In this document: positions 42,700 to 57,555 of the stretch, piece after piece
How the letters are laid out: each line of letters starts with the position of its first letter
Numbering within the stretch: the first letter of the stretch is position 1
Assembly (NCBI RefSeq): GCF_964194025.1
Contig: NC_134473.1
Coordinates: 33,852,001-33,916,000, forward strand
Length of the DNA stretch: 64,000 bases
DNA from: Convolutriloba macropyga
Taxonomy: Eukaryota
Direction of reading: 5' to 3'
Position numbers and translations under genes: made by a program
Notes under the pieces: model-generated
What the model saw: the letters and a program-made list of their open reading frames with translations, nothing else
What the model was told of the DNA's origin: nothing
The model's database searches: none

Positions 42700-44600
42700 T
42701 CGAAATCGTTTATCACGAAGTATACATACCCTTCGAAACAACATTTGATAAAATCCACAAAACAAATGATACTGTAGTCTCCGTAGAAAACATTTTGCAA
42801 ACAGTGGGATAAGGTGATATAGAATAATCTAAAGCCGAATTATTGTACCAACTACAGAAGATTTTCATGCAAAATTGGATCTCGGTCGAAGTAGAAAGAC
42901 ATCAAAAATTTAGGAAACAAAGAGTGAAACTAGGAACATTACTGTCAGGTACTGTCTCAAGTGAACGTGGAGTGAGATTGGAATTTACAAAGAGTTTTGA
43001 AAAAAACGATGAGTTAATGGCGAGCAAGTTTTTACAAATTGCCTGCCTTTTCAAAAAGGATGCTATTAACGAGATTTCAATTTGTCTGGAAAGAAAAGAA
43101 CTGAATGATAAAGACTATATGAGAAAAAAATCGATTTAATAAAATCTTGTCAGACGTGGTCGAGATAATTTGAATACTTTCATTACACATCCTTCAATTG
43201 AATACAAGAATCCTACTAAACCTCCACAGACAAACATATTTTGCAAACGCTTTTCTTGCAAACTGATTACAATGTACTTTTTGTATTGCGAAGCCGGGCT
43301 AAACAACAACATGCTGAAGTCAGCTGAACTACTAATGCACAAATACAATAACTGTAGATCGGATCAAAAGTGTCAATGAGAAAAAATGTGCTCTGTGACA
43401 GCCTCATACCAGTTAAAAACAATGTTAATATAAGATGAAGTAGGAACCATCCTTCCTGACTCTTGTGTTCTATGTAAAATATTTCACGACAATGTGCAGA
43501 TACAGATTTTTCCTTATTAAACTCGCGAAACGGCAGTCCATATACGACCCGCGAAAAGGTATGTCCAAACAAATAAGCTTTTGCATCTCAAAAACATTCA
43601 CGAAACGTTTGACGAAAAACACCACTCTGAAAATACAACTTTTTGTACAGGCATCTTAAAAGCTTTCCATGAAACTCCTCAATGAGAGCTAATACAAAAA
43701 GTACAGAAATGTGTGAATTGGTGGATGCACGCCAGATGTTGTTACTGAAAAGTTGCGAAAAAAGAAACAATAAGTGAAATATAATAACGTCAGTTTTGAA
43801 TGCTTAAATGTAACCAGTTGAGGTCCAAGGGTCTCATTCCCTGGATTTTTTTTTGTTTTTCGTCTCCATCAATGACTTATGTAACTTCTTCCGATGGTGT
43901 TTTCAGAAACTGTCATACTTAAAGACAACCTCAAGAGACTTAGCATGATTTGCATGACATCAATAATTGGGGTCGTGTAACAAACTGTAGCCGGCCAAAG
44001 ACAAATGTGCAAATAAAATTTTTGGATGAAAAAAGCACAATTTCACTTTTATGGGAACAACGTTGGACGAAAGTGAAAATTTTAAAGTCTGGGGTTCCAT
44101 ATCACAAGGAACCTGGCACGGTGAAATTATCGAGGGCAGGTTGAAGAAGGAAAATAGCGTACTCTACATGTTGAGAAGGAACGTTGAATATCAAATGAAA
44201 TTTTAACATAACTGAGTCTCTCTAATTCACTTACTCTTTCAGTTCTTCTGTACAGCTTTAAGAGTGTTGCAGCCACACAATTGGATACGAATTTGATGGA
44301 AAGATCTGAAGAGAATATACAGCTGTTAAATATTAACTTCATACTTCAGTAAACTTAAATATCTAAACATCCTGCCCCTACTAATGTTCTTTCTACTCAA
44401 CAACCTTTGTGAAGAAGAACGCTCAACTGAGATTTTCAAAACTGATCAAAATTGAACGAAAAATGCACTTACAGAATCCTTCTATCGAATGGCTGGCTTA
44501 ACCAAATAGAAAATTACGTCGATGTTGATACCGCAACGGGCGTTGAGAACCAATTAATCAATTTCATGTAAAATTTGGTCAACGATCAGTTTGAGGAGAT
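42700..44600 (+). pseudogene. Highly decayed LINE RT
   Basis: LFKKD (~43047) and VQGSHSL..FVSINDL (~43822-43878) resemble PLFKKG and GVPQGS..YINDL; boundaries approximate. Confidence 0.5.
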
Positions 44601-47149
44601 AAATTTCTGCACAAGGAAATGCTTTTGCATTTGCCCGCTGTGCAGAAATACCTGTATGAGCATTTTTTTCAAAAGATGACTGGAAAAAGAATGAAATCCC
44701 TGCCCGACAGCGGATCCAAAACAACAAAATAAATAACAAATGGAAGAGTTGACCGGATTTCTGATTGCATGAATATTTATCTTTCAGAGCATGGTTTGAT
44801 GTTTTATTTTAATAATCACTGTAACCGTAATGCTAGGTAAGATCCTTTTTTGCATCTGCTGAAAAACATCGTAACGCAAGATGTCTTAACTGTCTCCATG
44901 TGTTCGTCAAAGGCTTTAAATCTATCCGATTCTCATTTTTTTTATGTAATGTGTTTAGCATTCACCTTATAAAACTTTTGTTTTATTAAACAGGTACTCA
45001 AATCCGCAACTGAATAATGCAACAAAATAGTTCAGAAGCAAACTTCATCGCATCAGGGAAAGACGTTGTCATTATAAGATCGAATTTAATGAAGCAATAT
45101 GCAATCTTCTATTTCTAACACATTTTGCAACTTTCTAAAACACAATGATTCGACCAATAAGCCTGTAAAATCACCTAAAGGATTGGCCTTAGTTTTCTGA
45201 CAATCTACCTTTTAATGGGAACGCTGATAAGCTGGAAAACGGGATTTAGATGCACCCTGTGTTCTAAAATGTAAGAGAAGCAACCCATGTAGAATGAAAA
45301 CGCTGCAGTTGCGTTTTTTAAAACCATGTTTGCAAAGACCCACGAAATCTTGTATCATAATTGAGGTGTCATGACTCTGCTTGAAAAAACATCAAATTAG
45401 CAGAAAGAATTGGATTGTTATTTATTTGTGCGATTACAATGAGTGCTTTTTGGAACCATTTCTATTTCCAATTGCCTTGTAATTTCAATTTATATGTTGT
45501 TGTTATTTTAGTTACAAACAGCATCGTTTTAATGACAAATCACTGAGACAGTTCAAGGCTTATATTTCTCATAGCGAGGCAACCTTCGATTCCTTCACAT
45601 TCAACGCGAGAAAAGGAGTACAATCAATCCAATGGACGGAACAGTGAGCCCCTACTATTAAGCATCACAATAGTTACGCATTTTTTTCAAATTCACCACA
45701 AAACGAACTTTATTTAAAACTTACAGCGATATGATGGACCCTAGAAGCCGCATCGAAAGGTTCAAAATCTTTTGAACCAGTACAAACAGTATAATAGCAC
45801 TGAGACAGATAAACGCGCTGCGTAGGAGTTGTCTCCATTTCCAAGCATCATGACCTAATTGACCATGGTTTGCAGTGGCTCTCATTGTTGCACATCTCTT
45901 CTCAGAGCCGTAGGAAATATCAAAGATTTTATAATGCTTTTCTAGTTTATTGAGGTAGGGGCAAGATTACTACTTCAGTATTTGCAGAAAAGCAAGAATA
46001 TCAAAAGACGTTTTCTCCTCTCGAAACGAGTGACCACAAAGTCTGGGTACAATTTTCGACCATCTACTAAAGGAAGAAAAATTGTGAACAAAACAAGTCG
46101 GTTCTGTTACTGAGTCTAAAAAATTTGCATTGTACTTTTTAGTGTTAAATAGTTTGATAACTAACCAAACGAAACCAAAAAATAAACGCACTAAAATTAC
46201 TGCGGAAGGGAGTTTTTCAATTACTTCGGAAACTTGAAGTGATTTGTCGGTATTGTCTACTGCAAAATTTCTTTATTGCTTAGACGCTTGTTGCTGATTG
46301 ACCTTAGAGCAACTTGAATACGTGTTCTACACTTTTTTAAACACTGGTTGTCTACAAGATCAACGCTTCGTTCGAAAATTCAATAAGTTGCGTCCCGATG
46401 ATTGTCTCGAAATTAATCGGACCACTATACAAAAACGAAACCAAAAAACGCACCAAATTTACTGCGGAAGGAAGCCAGGAAATCATCAAATCATAAAGAG
46501 ACATCGTTCATCCTCAAAAGGAATACGGAATAAGCAGAAACGGGTAGCTGTAACAATAAAATAAGCTAAATTTTTGTCCTTTCTATGGTTATGCGATGTA
46601 CCTAGTTAATAATTTCCTTGTACGGATCTGCTTTAAGTTGTATATAGGTGAGCGACAGTCCCGATTACGGGCACCTTGTGTCTCCAAGCGAAATATGAAC
46701 AACCATGGAGAATGAATAGGTTGAGGTTTCTTTTGTAATACCATTTTGCAAAGACATATGATATGTTGTATCCTAATACAAAAATAAAGTGTCATAAAGA
46801 TGCTAGAAAACAAATAATCAGCAGAACCAAATGGATCGTTACTAATTTGCACGATGAGCGCTTGTTCGAACTATTTTTCTTTTCAATCGCCTTACAATTT
46901 GAATTTATATGTTGTTGTTATTTTAATGAAAAACAGCGGCGGTTAAATGACAAAACCGCATATAAGTTGAACAAAAAAGGTCCCATTACGGTTTCTTGGG
47001 CTAAACTTCTGACAAACTTCATCCTAGCGGAGTAAATTGAATCTAATTTTCTACGTTGAAGCCTAATAGGAAGAAAAGTAATCAATAAGGTTCTGTGCAT
47101 CGCCATCAAAGCCAATTAGTTCTAATTTTTCTTCTAGGATATCATGAGA

Positions 47150-49575
47150 AATGGAATCAAACGCTTTTGTGAGATCCAGAAGTGCAGTTTGGATTATATT
47201 GTTCGAGCCAGTACTTTGCAAACTGATTCAATGAAAAATAACGAAGCATCAGCTGTAGAAATACCTAATAAAAAACCAAAAATTGAAGCAGATTCATAAG
47301 TTCAAGTTTTTGTTGGTGATTCATTATTTGCTGATGTAGGATTCCCTCAAAAATGTATGAAAATGCAGTGTGATTGATATTGGATGGTAGTTGATTGCAT
47401 CCAATGGGCCACCTTTTTGTAGTTTAGGCTGATTTCCGCTTTTTCAATGCAGTCTAGTAGAAATTTTTGTTTAGTGCATTCGGTACGAATGTAACTAAGA
47501 TGTGGTAAAATTATGGCTTGACCATCTTTTATAGCCCAAGCATGAGCCGTACAAAGACCTAATGGCTTGTTGGAATTCAGTTCCCTGACAACATCATGAA
47601 TTATAGTTTCTCTAACAAGCTGAAAATTGAACGGTTTGGTATATTTTTCTTAGGTTATTTTTGTGGGTGTATCAATGTACACTCTTGTCCTTAAAAAACT
47701 ACCAAGGTTAGTAAAAGTATAATTCAAAAACCCCGATATTTCAAATTCGTTAGTAAGTAAGTCCTTAAACGAATTTTGCATCGCAGTTTTAGTAGTGCAC
47801 TTACTTTGTTTCTCTCTAATCGAAATAAAGAAATTTTAGCATTTTTCTCAGTGTTCAGAGATTCAAAACAATGCCTTGAATGTTCTGTTTTTAAAACATT
47901 TATTAGGTTTGATAGGGACTATCGTTTTTTGTTATAAATATTCCAATTTGTAGATGTTTTGCTATGTGCTAAGGGCTTTTTTCTTTCTTCTTTATTCTGT
48001 TTTGCATTTCTTGTCAAATCATTCTAATTTCAGCAAATTCTCTGATGTTTGCAATGTCGAATATAGTTTTTTACAACTGGATTGTGAGTTTCGAGCGCAT
48101 AGCTAAAAATTGATATCAATATATTAAACATTACGAGAACATCATTGTATTGATAAATGAAGTGCCACGTGGAAAATAACAGGGTTTTAGGGAAATCATT
48201 TGCCTTGTACTGTTTCTTGTCGAAACAAAATATAATTTTTGCTTTGCATTTTATCAATTTGATATCGGTTGCAAAAATGGATGCTAAGTGATCTAATTTG
48301 GATGGCGTATCAAAAGTATATTGCCTGTTTTTTCTATACTTTAGGTCAAAAAGTAATTAATGTGTGATTCTGAATTTTGTGCTAGTTTTGTGGGTTCATG
48401 GAGACGTCAACATTTTTTAGACCATAAGCTGTTATGATGCTGTCTAATTTGTTTATCTCGCCTTCGTTCCAATAATTGAGGTTATGGTCGCTCAATACAT
48501 GTACAGTGTTGCATTGTTCAAAGTCGTAGTATAAGTTGTATGACAGTTTGTATAAAAAGTTCTCTTGATGTTTTGAGTAATTGTACGTTAGGTTGATGAG
48601 CATTTTTTGAAATTTTTTTTTTAATTTATCCAAAATTGTCTCAAACACGTTTTTCATCAAACATCATTAAATCAGGTCTTTTTTGCTGGTTTTTTTGGAA
48701 CAAATAGGGGCAGGCCTCCGCCTTTCTTTCTATCTTTTCGAAAGCGGTCTTTTCGGAATAGTGCATAAATATCATTTAAAACATTCCGAAGCTTAGAGCA
48801 ATCATTTCCAGTTAACCAAATTTCACTTAGTCCAATAATTGTGTTTACCCCAAAAACCTCTAGAAGACATTTCAGTGAGATTTTTTCCGAACAATTTTTT
48901 CTCTTGTTCAAGTGGAAAATTTTGATGATTTTTGGAACTGTTTTTGTTATTGCGAAAACAGATTCTTACGAAACTTTTGGTCCTAGATTTGACTCCACGT
49001 CAACACATAGCGAAAAATTAATCGCAAAAAAATTTTATCGGAGCCAACCTGGGTTGATTCCAGATAACCCGTGACACTACATTCAGAAATGAATTTATTT
49101 TTTGTATTGCAGTTATGGTAGTTTACAAGACCATCAGGCATGTTGCTGAGAAAAAGAAAACCTTATCCAAAAAGTACGCTATCAGACATAGTTTTTTTAA
49201 AAAAAGATGCACATGATTTTGGCTATTTATCATGGTCTTGGTGTTTGTCGAATCTGTTTCGGTCTAATTAATATAACACAGTCGCTTATTTCATTAATTA
49301 AATTTATCAGATTGTTTTGAAGGTCATTACAATAGCCTTAACACCTATTTCAGAGCAATGGAGGCCATCTGTATAAATAGAGTCTTAATTATTTTAGAAC
49401 TCTGCATTCAAATCAGCCAGGTTAAGTTTTGTGCGGGTTAGGTTCCTCAGTTTTGAAACTAAAACGTATAGTTGCTTGTTAAATTTATTGACACTAAAGT
49501 TACTCTCTTTTCCTATAGAGTTAGCGGCAATAGAGTGCCAAATGATGTTGTCTCTGGTGTGAATAAAGGAGCACT

Positions 49576-49631
<56 letters not shown>

Positions 49632-50140
49632 CTTTTCGTATGCTGTAGTTAATTTTTAATATCGAAATAAGCCGATAGAGAAGCATTGATTGTTACCTGT
49701 TTCAGTTTTTTGCTCTGGAGTTTGAAGTTATCTCAAGCAGCCATGAGATCCTATCAAACCGAAGCCTCTTGCTGACAAATTTGTTCAAATTTGAGTTCCG
49801 TCAACTCTGTTGGTAATTGATTCTCCGATTACTTTTGCCTCTGTAGTTCCGATCTTTGGGATAGATCAATATTGTCTATAGGCATTGATTGTGCTGGCAT
49901 TTTGTGTCGGGTCAACTTTATTTGACAAGTCTTTGAGATGATCTGCGTAGGTTGTCGGTTGAACGCTGGATGTTGAATTTGCTCCTCTTGATGTTGCAGT
50001 TCTGTTCGGAATTGGATACTTGATGCAGGTTTTTCTAAAAATAACTGAAAAAACGTCACCTGAAAATTTTGAAGCACTATTAGTTTTCAAAAATTCAGGA
50101 GACAGTATTTGTTTTCATCAGACAGAGTGGTAAAACTGTC
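47150..50140 (-). mobile_element. Degenerate CR1/L2-group LINE (ORF1 with esterase-like motif, AP endonuclease, start of RT)
   Basis: Minus strand DGLHCSEIGVKAI (~49335-49370), IIGLSEIWLT..FRKDR..GGG (48672-48911), YKKGGPLDAINYHPISIT (~47370-47420). Confidence 0.75.
49579..49629. repeat. (TA)n microsatellite
   Basis: ~25 TA units. Confidence 0.98.
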
Positions 50141-50156
50141 TGTTGAGCTTTGTTTA

Positions 50157-50388
50157 TTTACCACGGTGATAGAACCGATATTTGATACTAAACAATGAAA
50201 GGATTTTATTCAGTCAGTGAATTTCCAACCACACAGACGAGTTAACAACTCTAAAAAATCTCTAATTTAACATAATAATTTCTGCTTAATCTACTTATTA
50301 ATTCAACTTCTTCCTTTTTATTAGTATTTTCACTAGTACAACGCTCAATTAACTACAGACAATATATTGTGCACAGGTGGCTGCAATA
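50157..50388 (+). repeat. Fragment (3' half) of an LTR related to the Gypsy LTR
   Basis: TTTACCACGGTGATAGAACCGATATT, ATCTACTTATTAATT.AACTTC, ACGCTCAATTA and GGCTGC.ATAG shared with 62750-62983. Confidence 0.8.
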
Positions 50389-50479
50389 GTGTCACGGGAT
50401 CTTTTCCGGCGAGTTTAAAACGAGATGGGGTATCTTTAGCTACTTGACATGACACACGCACAGTAAGGAAGTTTCCTGA

Positions 50480-50720
50480 TTTATACAAAACAAGACCCAA
50501 TACCGATTCATGGGGCACTCCACTATGAACACAGATTTCAGAAATGGTGGCGAGTCCTAATTTTATGGTGTCTGTCGTGAAGGTAACTGCAAAGAAGACT
50601 GAGGCCCGCCTTTGTATTCCAGTCGTGTAAAATCTAAAAAGAAGCCGCTCATGGTTTACCTTGTCAAAACTTTTTTTAAAATCAATATAAAGGCTATGTA
50701 AGTAGTTTCTCCTGAGAATA
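50480..50720 (-). pseudogene. LINE RT fragment
   Basis: LYIDFKKSFDKVNHERLL and VHSGVPHESVLGLVLY. Confidence 0.8.
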
Positions 50721-51280
50721 ATAACTAAGGTAGACTTCGTGTAAGTATTGAATGAAGGTTTCTCAAGACAAGGCTTGAGTGATGACGTGCTGATCCGCAA
50801 GAGCAGTGCAAAAGTACTGACAAAATTGTGTCGTTCAGTGATTTTGTTAAGGAGTTCTAAGCGATTTTTTGGTCTCTTGCAGAAAGACAGTAAAAAAAAG
50901 ACCCGCAGCGTTTTTTTGGAGTAGTTCATTATCTAACTTGTTGAAAGTAAAACCTGCACCTGGTGGTTACATGGCTCATGTATTTCTTTGAAATCTATCT
51001 CAAAATTCATTCGCTAATGATAAAAACTTTTACAGACCCTTGGTCTGATCGTAAATCCTGGAACTGCTTTAGCGTAAAACTAATTAAAGACAAATTAATT
51101 TCAAGTAATTTTTCGCAAAATTATGGCCAGATTTAAATTTTTAAGCTACGCTTGCTCCAAATCTTTAAGTTTCGAATGAATAACCTTTTGTTGATGAAAG
51201 AGATTCAGTCTATCGTATCGCGAGACTGACCCAAATTTTGAAGACCAGTAACCTCTTCTGTCTTTAGCATATAAAAATTT

Positions 51281-51440
51281 AGATCTCTTACGTTTGTGCC
51301 TCCCAGTACGTAATACGCCGCCAGTTCCAGAACACGTTCCACTACATAGTAAACCATTATGTAAAACAAGGCACGTAAGTCTGGGGACGCAAATAATATG
51401 CGCCCAGTAAGCTGGAGGTGGCACAAACGGATGAAATCCA
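51281..51440. mobile_element. ~160-bp MITE; second copy at ~16984-17138
   Basis: Inverted ends CGTTTGTGCC / GGCACAAACG; shared core ACATAGTAAA.CATTATGTAAAA and CAAATAA.ATGCGCCCA.TAAGC in both copies. Confidence 0.65.
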
Positions 51441-52849
51441 AAAAATTGTACTCACCGTACTCACCATTGAAAAATCTTAGATAATAAGTGATCCTATAAA
51501 TATTTGATTTTCTTCAGAGTCAATCAATATACATGACACTATAGAGCGTTAGATGTATAAATTCCTTAAATGTAAAGTTATAAATTTTTGAATATGAAAA
51601 ATAATATTCACTTGCTAATTTACATCTTTGTTGTTGGGAAAACGATGCTTATTTCAAGTGCAGTTTACACTGATGTTTTCCGGAACTATTCCGTTTTTAC
51701 ATGTGAATTGATTATACTTGATGTTGACGTTTGGTTGATACTTGTAATAAAATGCTAGGAAACATTACATGTCATCGAAAGTCATTTGTCTAAAATGTAA
51801 AAGGGCGGTAAAAACTAGGTATATAATTTGATCAAGATCTTTGCCTGTTGCCACTGTTGTCACATATCAATTTTAATTGAAAAATTTGACTTCACAAATT
51901 ATCTCGCGTTCCCATTAACCGATAGTTTATGCACCCCGAGTTTATATGAGATAAGTAATCACTTCACTCTAAAATGACACTATGCTGCTTTGTCTCTGCG
52001 CTGCATTAGAGGATTGCTGTAGTCAATTGGAAAACGCACAAAAAGACAATGAGAGACAAGACTTGTAGTCAAGCAGTGGTCAAGAGTCAGAAGGAAAGTA
52101 GGTGGGTCTGGAGCTAAAGTGTGCTCTATTTACGTTGGAGAACGAGTTTGTGTAGCTGATTAGAGGACTATGTTTGTGGAAAGGGAGCATCTGTAGCTGA
52201 TTGTGGACTCTGTTGTGTGACGAAGCTTGTATAATTGACTTGGTGACTCTGTTTGAGGAAACGGAGTTTGTTTATCTGTGTTGGTCTCTTTGTTTGTGGA
52301 AGTTTGTGAGGTATTTTGTGATGAAGTAGATGTTTATTTAGCAGAACTTTCTACGAGGACTTCTACGGCTTACTTAGTACTGCTGAGAACAGTTCAGTTT
52401 AAACAACTGTTTTCTGATCCTCGTTTCTCATCGTGCTATCCTCGGTGCTCATAGTGTTATCTTGTTGCATTCTCAATGTGCTAAAAGCGTTTGTTAGCTA
52501 ACACAACGACACACCGATTCGTCGCTAAATAACGAGGCCACCAACAGGCAACATATTAATCTGAAGGCTAAAAAAACGGCTAGGAGTTTTGCTCTAAGTC
52601 AGAGTAATTTTCACCTCAACCTATAGCAAAAAAACAAATTTTTACGTAGAACAGTACTAGTTTTCGATTGAAGCACAGTAACACACGGGACATAGGCTAA
52701 ATTAAGAAAGTTTGAGTTATAAATAGGTAAAAGGAAAAATTATAAAAAGAATTTAAAACAAACAGACAGGTACAAAATAACTTCAGGGCTGAGTTCAAAG
52801 TCAGAAAAAAAAAATTAGTGGGCGTCAGGATGACATCGTATTTTTTGTG

Positions 52850-55800
52850 GAACAGTTTGAAGCTCGTATACACTAATTGAAATAAGGAAAAATCTTAACT
52901 GGCGATGCCACACATGAAAGTTATATGCATACTGTTAGGAATGGCGCCTCTGAGGATCAAAAAGCACAAGTTGCTTATAAAGAAAGGGAAAAAAATAGAA
53001 GACAGGAAAAAGGCTTTATAATACGATTTTGTTCAAGTGTTGGATAAAAAGTCAGTTCTGTTTTTCAGATCACAGAAAGGTGATTGTACTTGGACTTGGG
53101 ATATATTTTGTAAAAAGTTTAAGAGTTTCGAGAGACCCCAATTACTTAATTTATTATCAGAATTAATAAAACTTAAGAATAACTCGAATGAAAGCACAGT
53201 AGAATACTTAACAAGAGCAGACGACATAAATTTCAAATTGACACTGGTGAACGAAGAAGTTAGCGAGAAAATTTTTGTTTCAATAAATTTGAAGGGACTA
53301 CCTAATAAATACGAGACCTTCATCACACTCTTAACATTGAGAAAAAAAGATAAGAGCGTGGGGGAAATTACGCGGGAACTGATCAATTTTGATAATGAAA
53401 ATTTGAGAGTATATTCAACAATAAAGAAAGAGAATGTTTCAATTGTCAAAAGGTCGCACACATAGCTAAGGATTGTTGACTTCAAAAGGCGAACACAGAA
53501 CAAACAAGGAGGCAACCAAAAAAGGGGCAACCAATTATGTGTTTTCAATGTGGTGAGTCGGGTCACAACTCCAAGTTTTTTAAGAAAAAGAAACCAGAGA
53601 AAAAGCTTATAAGCCAGCGTAGAAAGTTTAGTTGAAGAACCAAAATTTAAGAAACGAGAGTACTTCTCATTCTGTCAAACAACAAGTAATAATCCTTCCT
53701 GTGAACTAGTGTTAGACTCTGGAGCAACAAGTCATATAATTAAGGATGAAAGCATATTTATTGAGATTGACAAAGAATATACAGGGACAAAAACTAACGC
53801 AAATAGTAGCAAAAGTTCAATTGAAGGACAGGGGACAAGTGTGAACGGAAAATAAGATTGTCAATTACTTTACTTGTACCTGATAACTCAAAAATTTTGG
53901 TTTTTGTGTCGGATGAGGTTTTTTTTGGTAAGGACTTAGAGATAAGAGCAAAAAATGGAACAATTTTCCCGTTTGAGGAACATGACTATCTTTTTCATTG
54001 GAAAACAGTAAACTCAACAGGTACAGAAAACTGCATTTTAGTCAGTGGAGACAGAACAAAAGTAAACTTAAAGCACAAACGTCTAAGACATAATATTAAT
54101 GAAGATCTTTTGAAATCAAAGAATCAGGCCATAAGACTTAGAATAAGGGAACATGACGTGCGGAATTGTGAAACTTGTCATTAAATAAATAAAAGAAGAT
54201 TCCCGTTCTGAACGATTCTCGGACAAGAGCCAAGGATGTCTTAGAAATAGTCCATACTGATATAATAGGCCCCAATTCTTTGCAGATATAGGAAATCCAG
54301 AAACGTTGGTGTGCAATGGTGCGTTCGAATTCAATTTGAACGAGAATAAGCAACAATGTATAAAGCAAGGCGTAAAACTAGAGCATTCAGCACCTTATAC
54401 ACCTGAAGAAAATGGTTAAATTGAACGTAATTTTGGAACAAAAAAACCAATGGCGAGATGCCTAATTGAGCAGTCAGGACTTGACAAGACATACTGGCCT
54501 TATGCATTAAACATGTCAATTGACATTAAAAACTTTTGTTTCCAATCTGGGATCAAAAGAACACCATTCGAAGCAATGTATGGACAAAAACCGAGTTTAA
54601 AATCACTAAAAATTTTTGGTTGTACTGCTTACGTTCATATTGAGAAAAGTGATCGGACTTCACAAAAGTATATTCTAGGGATCATCAGATAACAGCAAAA
54701 CATATCTTATAGTAGTAAAGGATAAAAAAGGCACTATTAAAGTAAGCAAGTCTAGAAATATAAATTTCATTGAACAGAAAATATTCAATATTAACTCGTT
54801 AAGTGTATGGCAAACACGGTCATAATAGGAAGCAGATCTGAAGCCAGTATCATTCTTAAAAGAATTGATAACTGATAATGTGATAGTTAAATCAAGAGAA
54901 GAATCAATAAAAGACAAAAACTGATACGAAGCAATGAAAACAGAATATAATCCATTATTTGAAAACAATCTCTGGAAACCTATAGATAATCAGGAAATCA
55001 AACCTATTGGTAGCCGTTGTCATTTTACTCTGAAAATCGAGCCTAGCGGAGAAATAAGGAGATAGGAAGCCAGATTGGTAGCTAACGGTTTTAGCCAATA
55101 CCAGCCATGGCTAAAATGATACCTATTCACCGACAACGCGCCTCTCAACTATCAGGATACTTTTAAGCTATGCACTCCTTTACGATTCTGAGCTCAAACA
55201 AATGACAATAAAACTGCTTTCTTAAATGCTGACATAGTTGAGGAGAACTTTATGCAGAAACCTTACAGTTTTGAAAAATACAATGAGCAAGGAAACCCAT
55301 TAGTCTATAAGCTTAATAAGAGCTTATATGGATTAAAACAATATGATAGGAATTGATTCCTAACAATAAAAGTTTTTCTTGGGGGTTCTGGTTTTGTTCC
55401 CTCTATTCAAGATGAGTGCCTCTTTATAAAAAAGGACATAGGAGATATAGAGGGAATGATCTGTCTTTGGGTAGACGAAGTGGTTATATTAGGAACCCGT
55501 CAAAAATTTGCAAACTATGTTAGTGAGAAGTTCAAAATCCGTTGCTATGGTGCCCTGAGTTGGTTCTTAAACCTTAAAATAGAAAGGATAGAAAACAAAA
55601 TAATACTAAGCCAAGAGGCTTTTATGGAAAAAATAATAGAGAAAAATAAAATGAGTGACGGTAGGACGTTGGAAACACCTCTAGATGTTAGTTCAAAGCT
55701 TTCAAAACTTGAACCACCAAATATAGGAAGCAAAGAATATCAAGAATTGCAGTCATGTGATTATAAAGAAATAGTAAGATGTTTAAATTAATTAGCCTTG

Positions 55801-56112
55801 AATAAACACAACAAAACTGATATTGCACATACAGCTCATATTTTCAGTTCTTTTGTAGAAAATCCGGGGAACAGGCTTGGGAACGACGCAAAAGCATGCC
55901 TACACTACTTGAAGGGTAAAAATTATGAAAAATTTATTTTTATTAAGTGTGACAAATTACATAAAAAATAATTTTGGATTCTGACTGGGCTGGTAACATA
56001 GATAGCAGAAAAAGTACAAGTGGTTATTGTCTCAAGCTTAAAAATATTTCAGGAGCAAAAAGCTGGGCTAGTAAATTACAAAAGAGCGTATAAACCTCCA
56101 CAACTGAAACTG
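52850..56112 (+). pseudogene. Copia gag-pol, many stops and frameshifts, deletion in integrase core
   Basis: ORF fragments 53037-53465, 53858-54184, 54450-54692 and 55456-55791 carry the Copia motifs. Confidence 0.9.
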
Positions 56113-56486
56113 TGTGAGTGTCACACGTATGTAAAAAAAAGGGTGTACTAAAGCCTTGGGTTTCAAGGTCAAAGATTTAGTTTAAACTTTAATTTATTAC
56201 TTGATTAATGACTGACACAATCTTGATAGTTGTCGACAGATCGAAATAGACAAAGCTCGGGCTTCGAGCAATACTAACAATTGTGACATATCAGTATTTA
56301 CTTGGTTAATTTACCACGGTGATAGAACCGATATTGGGTACGGGCAAAACTGAGGATAAAACTCATTCATTGAATAATAAACCTACCTTCAGAGTTAATC
56401 ACTCAATTAGATCTTCCTTTATTTGAAACCATTCTCTTCTACTTTTATCTACTTATTAATTAAACTTCAATCCTTGTATTTTAAAC
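56113..56486 (+). repeat. Gypsy 5' LTR (3' end and primer-binding site deleted)
   Basis: Aligns to 62536-62926 with about 10 substitutions and 4 indels by eye; identity stops abruptly after TCCTTGTATTTTAAAC. Confidence 0.9.
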
Positions 56487-56890
56487 GAAGAAATCTAGTT
56501 TTTGTTTGAAAACCAACTTTTAAACTCGAGTTCGACGTCTTAACATCACAACCCGGAAGAGGAATTGTGGACTGCTGTCGGGATTCGACAAGAACAACTG
56601 CCATATTGGAACTTTCAAGTGAGTACTCCCTAAAAATTCGAATAGCATAAATCAGGGCGTACATATTTTTTTGATAATAAAATAGCGTTCAGAAACATCA
56701 GTATTTTAATTTGACTTAATTTGACTTAAACTCAAGCATTAACCCTCGAGTTTTTTTGCATTTATTGAAGAAGGAATAAGAGTTTCAATCATATTTAAAA
56801 GCTGTTAACTAGAGTGTCGGAAAAATAGTTCGAGTTTCGAACAGAATTATTGAAATATTTTGAATAACATCAGCTTTTGAATAAAATAAG

Positions 56891-57555
56891 GATGGCGCGG
56901 CACTCCTCAAGAACGCTGTTACCGGAACCGTTTACTGGATCAAATTACTTTAAAAGTTATATTACACACTTTGAGCTCTTGTTACAACTTCAAAAGTGGC
57001 TAAGAAAAGAAACAGTAAACGGCGCCAAGACCGAAATTGATGAACGGCCGCATTATTTCGCGTTAAGGCTACAAAAGTTGGCTATTGATCTATCGTACAC
57101 TTTCGGAGGACACTAGAAAGAGTTATGACAAGACCGTAAAGGCTTTCAGACAACATTATAATGAGAAACCAGTAGTTTTCCGGTGGAGGCTAGCTAGGAG
57201 AGTCCAGCAGCCTGGTGAAAAATTAACAGATTTTCTCGGTGATTTGCAAACTTTAGCCTTGAAAGCATACGCTCAGGAGTCTAATGAGATAAGGGAACAT
57301 CTCATTTTGAGGGGATTTCTCGAAGGCAAAGAAAATAGTCAGGTGCGAATCGACCTGAGAAAGAGCTTGGGTGACGCAGATATGACTTTAGACAAAGCTT
57401 TAGAAAGAGCACTACACATTGAGGCAGTCACGAGAATTGAGGAGGAGTATAATGAGCCGCGGGTTTCTCTTCTGCCATCCAGTCGAATGAAAACACACAA
57501 CTGGTTAATTCGATTAACGATTTAGTGCAAACACTGCAGACTAATCAACCTAATA
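56891..57555 (+). pseudogene. gag: Gypsy gag (frameshifted)
   Basis: LLPEPFTGSNYFKSYITHFELL, then LARRVQQPGEKLTDFLGDLQTLALKAY and TLDKALERALHIEA (retrotransposon gag motifs) across ORFs 56877-57116 and 57085-57525. Confidence 0.85.

Noticed and set aside
53033-53566. 177-aa hydrophobic minus-strand ORF
   Set aside because: Antisense of the A-rich Copia gag
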